Source: an uncultured Bacteroidales bacterium (GTDB lineage: Bacteria > Bacteroidota > Bacteroidia > Bacteroidales > UBA7960). From it: a stretch of 64,000 nucleotides of DNA. Under the pieces are notes generated by a model that searched no databases, had not been told where the DNA came from, and saw only the letters and a list, made by a program, of their open reading frames with translations. Where the stretch lies: contig CAYZCW010000003.1 in NCBI GenBank assembly GCA_964477035.1, positions 189,231 to 253,230 of the forward strand. The letters are read 5' to 3'. Every line of letters starts with the position of its first letter. Position 1 is the first letter of the stretch. The translations under genes were made by a program, and so were the position numbers. This document shows, piece by piece, positions 57,712 to 64,000 of the stretch.

Positions 57712-59031
57712 TCAGATGTATTCGAGGATCTTTCCGGAGATCTGCATCAGCGACAGTTCCGCCACCTTGACCTGGTACTGGATCGACAAGAGCCGCTCCT
57801 CCGCATCCAGCAGGCTTTTCTGGGCCTCCCTCAATTCCAGCCCCGCCAGGGCGCCCAGGCGGTATCTTTCCAGGGCAATATCGAGTGTTTCGTTGGCCAC
57901 TTCCAGGTTCTGGCTTTCCAGCTCCAGCAGCCTCAGGTTGTTTATGTAGGCATTGTAAATGGTCAGCAGGTCGGCCATGACGCCCCTTTCCACATCCTCA
58001 TACTGCAATCGGCGGTTCTCCAGCTCGATGGCGGCATTGGCCAGCCTCCGCCTCTGGTTGAATCCGTCAAATACATTGATTCCCAAGGTGAGACCGTAGT
58101 TCATGCCCATCGTTCGCTGGTTGTTGAGCGAGCCCGACTGGTAGGTATTGTAATTCACCCCATAACCCGAAGACAGCGTGGCATAAGGATAGCTCCGCGA
58201 GGCAATGATCCTGTGGTCGTATTCGGAGATCACCTCGTTCTGGGCGGCGATGAGCAGGGAAGTGTTTTCCTTCAGGGCATTGGTCCGCAGGGTCTGGTAC
58301 ATCAGGATGGGATTCAGGGTGATGGTGGTGTCGGCCAGCTCCAGTTGCCCATGGAGGTTTTCCCTTGCCATCAGCTCGTTGAGCCGGATGCGCGAGGCCC
58401 GTACCACCTCGTATTGCCTGCCCAGGCGGGAACTGTCGGCATTGAGGAACACCTGGGACTGCAGCAGCTGCAGTTTCGACCCGGAACCCAGCAGGTAACG
58501 CTCCTCATCGATTCGGGTGCGCTCGCGCGAAAGATCCACGGCATATTTGAGGTTGTCCAGCAGGCGTTGCTGCTGGATATAGTTGAAATATTCCGCAGCG
58601 ATCCGGGCCGCCAGGTCTTCCACCGCCATGCGGGTGTTCAGCGCCCCCATTTCCTGCAGGGCCTCCAGCCGGTCGTAGGTGGTTTGCACCCGGAAACCGT
58701 CGAACACGGTCCAGCCGAGGGACACGCTGGCACTGCTGCCGGTATTGTGAATGCCCCGCAACTCGTTCCGCCCCCCGCCCGCCAGGTTCTGGTCCGTGTT
58801 GTTGACGGACCCCGACTGCTGTCCCCTCAGGTCGATCGTCGGCAGGAAACCGGCATTGCCCAGGCTGTGATTGTTTTCGGCAATCGCCTCATTGTTGCGG
58901 GCAAGCCGCACGGAAAAATTCTGTTCCAGTCCGATCTCAATGCACTCCTGCAGGCTCAGCGCCCGCTGGGCCGACAGGAACTGGAACGGGAATACAAGCA
59001 TCAGGCCCAGGGCCAGAAATTTTTTATTCAT
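57712..59031 (-). CDS. TolC-family outer-membrane efflux protein
   Basis: Signal peptide, LSLQECI, FLPTIDL, WTVFDGF, RYRLG and ELREAQ helical repeats. Confidence 0.9.
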   Translation of the reverse strand: MNKKFLALGLMLVFPFQFLSAQRALSLQECIEIGLEQNFSVRLARNNEAIAENNHSLGNAGFLPTIDLRGQQSGSVNNTDQNLAGGGRNELRGIHNTGSSASVSLGWTVFDGFRVQTTYDRLEALQEMGALNTRMAVEDLAARIAAEYFNYIQQQRLLDNLKYAVDLSRERTRIDEERYLLGSGSKLQLLQSQVFLNADSSRLGRQYEVVRASRIRLNELMARENLHGQLELADTTITLNPILMYQTLRTNALKENTSLLIAAQNEVISEYDHRIIASRSYPYATLSSGYGVNYNTYQSGSLNNQRTMGMNYGLTLGINVFDGFNQRRRLANAAIELENRRLQYEDVERGVMADLLTIYNAYINNLRLLELESQNLEVANETLDIALERYRLGALAGLELREAQKSLLDAEERLLSIQYQVKVAELSLMQISGKILEYI

Positions 59032-59083
59032 CGTCGGATTGTTTTTCAGTTCATGTTCAACTGATGCGGACTGCGCCGCCTCA

Positions 59084-62000
59084 TCAGGAGGACGGCCCCG
59101 TCTCCCCGGGGATGGTTTTGGTTTCGCTGGATATGTAGGAATACACGGCAGGCACCACGAAAAGGGTCAGAAAGGTCGACAGGACCAGTCCGCCGATCAC
59201 AGACACCCCCATGGCAATGCGGCTCTGGGCGCCCTCCCCGAAACCCATCGTCAGGGGAAGCACCCCCAGGATGGTCGACAGGCTGGTCATCAGGATCGGA
59301 CGGAAGCGCGCGGCGGCGGCGTATTTGATCGCCTCCAGCTTGCGCATGCCGTCCAGCTTGCGCTGGTTGGCAAACTCCACCATGAGGATGCCGTTCTTGG
59401 ACACCAGTCCGATGAGCATGATGATGCCGATCTGGCTGAAAATGTTCATGGTGATGCCGAAGTACCACATAAAGACCAGGGCCCCGGTAATGGCCAGGGG
59501 CACGGTCATCATCACAATGAAGGGGTCTTTGAAACTCTCAAACTGGGCCGACAACACGAGAAAGATCAGCACCAGGGCCAGCAGGAAGGCGAACATGAGG
59601 CTGGAAGAACTCTCCTGGAAGTCTTTGGAGTCGCCCGCCAGGGCCGTCCGGAAGGTCTCGTCCAGCACCTCATCGGCGATGCGGTTCATCTCCCCGATGC
59701 CCTCCCCGATCGTCCTGCCGGGGGCCAGGCCGGAGGATACGGTGGCGGCCACGAACCGGTTATAGCGGTACAACTGGGGCGGGGCGGTGAGTTCTTCCAT
59801 GGTCACCAGGTTGTCGAGCTGCACCATGTCCCCGTTGTTGTTCCTCACATAGAGTGATTTCAGGTCGAGCGGCTTGTTGCGGTTTTCCCGCTGCATCTCC
59901 CCCAGGATCTGGTACTGCTTGCCATGCATGAAGAAATACCCGAACCGCTGGCCGCTCAGCGCCAGCTGCAGGGTCTGGCCCACGTTCTGGGCCGACACCC
60001 CCAGGGAGTTGGCCTTGTCGCGGTTGATGCGGATCTGCAGTTCGGGCTTGGTAAACTTCAGGTTCACATCGGCCATCTGCAGCACCTCGCTGTCATTGAC
60101 CCGGTCCATGAATTCGGGCAGCACCTCCCGAAGCTTGTCGATGCTTTGTGCCTGCAGCACATACTGCACCGGCATGCCGGAGCGGCGCCCGCCGAAAGTC
60201 GACTGTTGCTGCACGAAGGCACGGGCCTTGGTCATCGGGCGCAGGGCGGCCGACAGGCGGTCTGCGATGTCCTGCTGACTGGCCTCCCGCTGGTTGGGCT
60301 TGACCAGTTCCACGCGCACATTGTTGCGGGCGCCAAAAACCATGGCGGTCACATCGGAACGCTCCGGCACGATGCGTTCCACCAGGTCGGTGATCTCTTC
60401 CAGGTAGTCGCGCATGTATTCATACGTCACCCCTTCGGGTCCGGTGGCGCTGATGGTCACCTGGGAGCGGTCCTCCATGGGAGCCATCTCGGCCGGAATG
60501 TTTATGTACAGCAACAGGACGAACCCGGCCGCGCCCAGAAGGATCACGATGGCCAGCCAGCGCCTTTGCAGGAAACGCTCCAGTCCGTTTCTGTAGGCAT
60601 TGTTCAGGGCCTGGAAAAAGCCTTCGGTACGGTGGTAGAACCAGCCCCGTGTTTTACGCTGCTTCAGGATCTTGGTCGACACCATGGGGGTGAAAGACAG
60701 GGCCACGAAGGAAGAGATGGCCACCGCCCCGGCGATCACGATGCTGAACTCCCGGAACAGCCTTCCGGTCATCCCCTCCAGGAATACGATGGGGAAGAAC
60801 ACCGCCACCAGGGTGATGGTGGTGGCCAGGATGGCAAAAAAGATTTCCTTAGCCCCCGCAAGGCCGGCTTCGACCGGGCTCATGCCCTGCTCGATCTTCA
60901 CGTAGATGTTCTCCATCATCACGATGGCGTCGTCCACCACCAGACCGATGGCCAGCACCACGGCCAGCAGGGTCAGCACGTTGATGGAAAAGCCGGCGGC
61001 ATACATGATGAAGAAAGACCCCACCAGGGACACCGGGATTACGAGGATGGGGATCAGGGTTGTCCGCCAGTCGCGCAAAAACAAAAAGATGATGACCACC
61101 ACCAGGGTGAAGGCGATGAAGATGGTGTTGCGCACCTCCCGGATGGAAGAGCGGATGTATTCGGTGTTGTCGAATCCGATCTCCAGGGAAACGTCGTCCG
61201 GCAGGTCCCGCTTGATGAACTCCAGGCGGTTGTACACCTCGTCCACGATGTCGATGTGGTTGGAACCCGGCTGGGGCACGATGGCGTTGCCCACCATGGG
61301 GATGCCGTTGCGTCGCAGTCCGCCCCGTTCATCCTCCGGGCCCAGTTCGGCCCGTCCGACATCCATGAAACGGACGACCTGCCCCCCTTCTTCCCGGATG
61401 ATCAGGTTGTTGAACTCCTCCGGGGTGGTCATCAGGCCGAGGGTCCGGATGGTCAGCTCCATGGCCGTCCCTTCGATGCGCCCGGAGGGCAGCTCCACGT
61501 TCTCCCGGTTGATGGCGTTGCGCACATCGAGGGGGGTGAGCCCGTAGCCGGCCAGCTTGATGGGGTCGAGCCAAAGCCTCATGGCATAGCGCTTCGACCC
61601 CCAGACATGGATGCCGCTCACCCCGGGGATGGTCTGCAGGCGCTCCCTGAGGGTCAGCTCGGCGATCTCGGTAAGCTCCAGCAGGGAACGTTGGGGGGAT
61701 CCCACGGTAACGAACATGATGGGACTGGCGTCGGCATCGGCCTTGGACACGGTGGGGGGGTCCACATCACGCGGAAGCATCCGCTGGGCCTGGGACACCT
61801 TGTCCCGCACATCGTTGGCAGCCGTTTCCATGTCGACACTCAGTTCGAACTCCACGGTGATGTTGCTGCTGCCGTGCCGCGACACGCTGGTCAGGGTGCG
61901 GATGCCCGGAATGCCGTTGATGCTCTGTTCCAGCGGCTCGGTCACCTGGGTTTCGATCACGTCCGAATTGGCCCCGGGATAGGAGGTGCGGACCGAAATG

Positions 62001-62131
62001 ATGGGGGGATCGACGCTGGGAAACTCCCGCACGCCCAGGTTCGTCATCCCGATGGCCCCGAACAGCAGGATCAGGATGGTGAAAACCGATGCGAGGACCG
62101 GTCTTTGGATGCTTATGGAAGATAAACTCAT
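59084..62131 (-). CDS. RND efflux permease (AcrB/HAE1 family)
   Basis: RPVLA, VDDAIVMMENI, KNGILMVEFA and RFRPILMTS proton-relay motifs. Confidence 0.95.
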   Translation of the reverse strand: MSLSSISIQRPVLASVFTILILLFGAIGMTNLGVREFPSVDPPIISVRTSYPGANSDVIETQVTEPLEQSINGIPGIRTLTSVSRHGSSNITVEFELSVDMETAANDVRDKVSQAQRMLPRDVDPPTVSKADADASPIMFVTVGSPQRSLLELTEIAELTLRERLQTIPGVSGIHVWGSKRYAMRLWLDPIKLAGYGLTPLDVRNAINRENVELPSGRIEGTAMELTIRTLGLMTTPEEFNNLIIREEGGQVVRFMDVGRAELGPEDERGGLRRNGIPMVGNAIVPQPGSNHIDIVDEVYNRLEFIKRDLPDDVSLEIGFDNTEYIRSSIREVRNTIFIAFTLVVVIIFLFLRDWRTTLIPILVIPVSLVGSFFIMYAAGFSINVLTLLAVVLAIGLVVDDAIVMMENIYVKIEQGMSPVEAGLAGAKEIFFAILATTITLVAVFFPIVFLEGMTGRLFREFSIVIAGAVAISSFVALSFTPMVSTKILKQRKTRGWFYHRTEGFFQALNNAYRNGLERFLQRRWLAIVILLGAAGFVLLLYINIPAEMAPMEDRSQVTISATGPEGVTYEYMRDYLEEITDLVERIVPERSDVTAMVFGARNNVRVELVKPNQREASQQDIADRLSAALRPMTKARAFVQQQSTFGGRRSGMPVQYVLQAQSIDKLREVLPEFMDRVNDSEVLQMADVNLKFTKPELQIRINRDKANSLGVSAQNVGQTLQLALSGQRFGYFFMHGKQYQILGEMQRENRNKPLDLKSLYVRNNNGDMVQLDNLVTMEELTAPPQLYRYNRFVAATVSSGLAPGRTIGEGIGEMNRIADEVLDETFRTALAGDSKDFQESSSSLMFAFLLALVLIFLVLSAQFESFKDPFIVMMTVPLAITGALVFMWYFGITMNIFSQIGIIMLIGLVSKNGILMVEFANQRKLDGMRKLEAIKYAAAARFRPILMTSLSTILGVLPLTMGFGEGAQSRIAMGVSVIGGLVLSTFLTLFVVPAVYSYISSETKTIPGETGPSS

Positions 62132-62160
62132 CGGTTGAATTTTTGCGAAGTGGAAGGGGC

Positions 62161-63252
62161 TTACCGGATGACCGTGTCGAGAACAACCGGCATGCCCTGC
62201 CTGAGTTGCATGACGCCGGTCACCAGCAGCGTGTCCCCGAAGGAAAGGCCATCGGTCACCTGGATGTGCGATTCGGTACGCAGGCCGGTCCGCACATAAA
62301 TGGACTCAGCCTGGCCTCCCCGGTAGACAAAAACCCGGTCCCCATCCATCTCGGCGATGAGGGCCTGGGTAGGGATGGCGATGGCGTCCGGGGTTTCTGA
62401 AAGTTGCAGGCTGATGGCCGCAAAACGGCCGGGCTTGAGCTCCTCATCCCGGTTCGGATAAAGGGCGCGGGCAATGATGGTGCGGGTGCGCACATCCACC
62501 TTTGGATCCACGGCATAGACCTCGGCAGGAAGGTGTCCGTCCAGGCCGTCCACGGAGAATTCGATCGGAAAACCCGGAGACACCTCTCCCGAATAACGCT
62601 CCGGAATGGAAAATTCTATTTTGATGGGACTGATCCGGATGAGGCGTGCGATGCGTGCATTGGGGTTGGCGTAGCTCCCTTCGCTGACATAGCGGAGGCC
62701 GATGATCCCATCGAAAGGCGCCCGCAGCTCGGTTTCGGCAATGCGGGCCTCCACGAGCTGGATATCGGCATCCAGTGTCTGCAGCTCGGTCACCACCTGG
62801 TCGTAGCTCTCCTGGCTGATGGCATCGCGCGAGAGCAGGGTCCGCTGACGGAACTCACGGTCCTCCGCCAGACGCCGCTGTGCCTGCAGGCGCAGGAGCT
62901 GGGCCTGCAGGTGGCGGTCGTTCACCTTGGCCAGAAGGTCGCCCTTCTTTACCCGGGAGCCTTCCTGGAAGTTGATGGAAACGATCTTGCCCGAGGTTTC
63001 GAACGACAATTCCACCTCCTCATCGGGCAGGAGGGTGCCTGAGCTGTTGATCAGCTCGACCATTCTTTCCGGCTGGACCACCTTCCCGTGGGCATGCACC
63101 CCCCGTTGCTGAAACCCCTGGGCACGGGAAACCCCTTCGGGGAAAGAACCGGCGGGGTCCTGGAACAAGGGACGGATTTTCGGATAGACGATCACCCCGA
63201 CCAGGATGGCCAGCAGGATGTAAATGGTCAGGGACCGGGCCATTTTCTTCAT
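62161..63252 (-). CDS. RND membrane fusion protein
   Basis: N-terminal anchor, SGKIVSI, LRAPFDGIIG, VDVRTRT and LKPGRFA. Confidence 0.93.
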   Translation of the reverse strand: MKKMARSLTIYILLAILVGVIVYPKIRPLFQDPAGSFPEGVSRAQGFQQRGVHAHGKVVQPERMVELINSSGTLLPDEEVELSFETSGKIVSINFQEGSRVKKGDLLAKVNDRHLQAQLLRLQAQRRLAEDREFRQRTLLSRDAISQESYDQVVTELQTLDADIQLVEARIAETELRAPFDGIIGLRYVSEGSYANPNARIARLIRISPIKIEFSIPERYSGEVSPGFPIEFSVDGLDGHLPAEVYAVDPKVDVRTRTIIARALYPNRDEELKPGRFAAISLQLSETPDAIAIPTQALIAEMDGDRVFVYRGGQAESIYVRTGLRTESHIQVTDGLSFGDTLLVTGVMQLRQGMPVVLDTVIR

Positions 63253-63512
63253 TGTTCAACGATTTGAAAACGAAATACAGTATTGAATTTGACAAGGCAA
63301 AGGAACCAAAGGTTTAAGCGGGTTATTCACAAAAAATGTTAAGGAAAAAATCTTTCAGGCATTATCTTTTTATAAAACAGCCCCTTAGTCCCATTTGTTT
63401 TCAGGCACACAAAAAAAGTGCTCGCTGACAGGCTTTTATGAGTTGGTTTTTTCATAATTTTAGCCGGACGAAATTCTTGTTTTCCATCCGACGAACCTAC
63501 AAAGCATTCAAC

Positions 63513-64000
63513 ATGAAACAAACACGCATTTTGCGGCCGCTGCTGGCCGCTGCCGTATTGCTGGCCTTATATGTAAACAGCCATGCGCAATCCGCCCGGG
63601 AGTATGAAAGCTTCCCCGGCGACCCACTCAATGCCCGGATCTATACCCTGGACAACGGCCTGAAGGTGTATCTCTCGGTCTACGAGGAGGAACCCCGCAT
63701 CCAGACCTATGTGGCCGTCAGGGTGGGCAGCAAGAACGATCCGGCCGAAACCACGGGCCTGGCGCATTATTTCGAACACCTGATGTTCAAGGGCACCAGC
63801 ACCTTCGGCACGACCGACTATGACAGGGAGAAACCGCTGCTCGACGAGATCGAGGCCCTGTTCGAGGTGTACCGCCTGGAAACCGACGAGGCCAGGCGCA
63901 GGGAACTCTACCGCCGGATCGACAGCATCTCCTACGTGGCCTCCACCATTGCCATCCCCAACGAGTACGACCGGCTGATGACCGCCATCGGGTCGACCGG
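63513..64000 (+). CDS. M16 (pitrilysin/insulinase) zinc peptidase, truncated by window end
   Basis: Not in the ORF track because no stop occurs in the window. Reads MKQTRILRPLLAAAVLLAL..., YTLDNGLKVYL, GSKNDP and GLAHYFEHLMFKGT (HxxEH). Confidence 0.9.
   Translation, partial: MKQTRILRPLLAAAVLLALYVNSHAQSAREYESFPGDPLNARIYTLDNGLKVYLSVYEEEPRIQTYVAVRVGSKNDPAETTGLAHYFEHLMFKGTSTFGTTDYDREKPLLDEIEALFEVYRLETDEARRRELYRRIDSISYVASTIAIPNEYDRLMTAIGST

Noticed and set aside
59924-62125. 733-aa plus-strand ORF, and similar long ORFs at 24559-26352, 19172-20869, 56133-57692, 10992-12554 and 4678-6189
   Set aside because: They are antisense shadows of well-supported genes, caused by stop-codon scarcity at high GC3, and have no recognisable motifs.
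63323-63331. DnaA-box-like words (TTATTCACA here, TTTTTCACA near 6205)
   Set aside because: They are isolated single boxes in AT-rich promoters with no clustering or DUE, so this is not an origin.

Overview
This 64 kb window comes from a GC-rich Bacteroidota genome, probably an anaerobic or facultative Bacteroidales. That call rests on Bacteroidetes-type TAnnTTTG promoters, pta-ackA, a b558-type sdh/frdCAB, the DUF4271-hemD-rnpA-yidD-S41 block, BT_3928 and a TonB receptor-DUF4249 pair. Most of the window is housekeeping and envelope genes: two Xaa-Pro peptidases, sdhCAB, aspS, cysS, an ABC-F protein, an RND pump and an M16 peptidase cut off by the window end. There are two accessory regions. 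(1) A divergent carotenoid cluster (12946-21082): crtI-crtB-ispH on one strand and crtD-cruF-acyltransferase-GT2::TPR on the other. It has no cyclase or CarH regulator and predicts an acyclic acyl-glycosyl carotenoid. (2) A 10 kb signalling island (47864-57698). It opens with a three-gene module: a stand-alone cobalamin-binding protein with the full CarH-type AdoB12 photoreceptor motifs, a 157-aa Cys-less protein that aligns by eye almost without gaps to allophycocyanin, and a translationally coupled histidine kinase. This looks like a split photocobilin-like light or tetrapyrrole sensor feeding a phosphorelay and is the best candidate for an undescribed system. Other notable signals are a PflX-type radical SAM protein with a Tat-like leader, a triple operator in front of an orphan BlaR1-TonB gene, a Rex-like box by pta-ackA, and heptamer repeat arrays at two gene junctions. 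No rRNA, tRNA, CRISPR array or transposase was recognised. All homology calls come from motif recognition by eye; no database searches were run.
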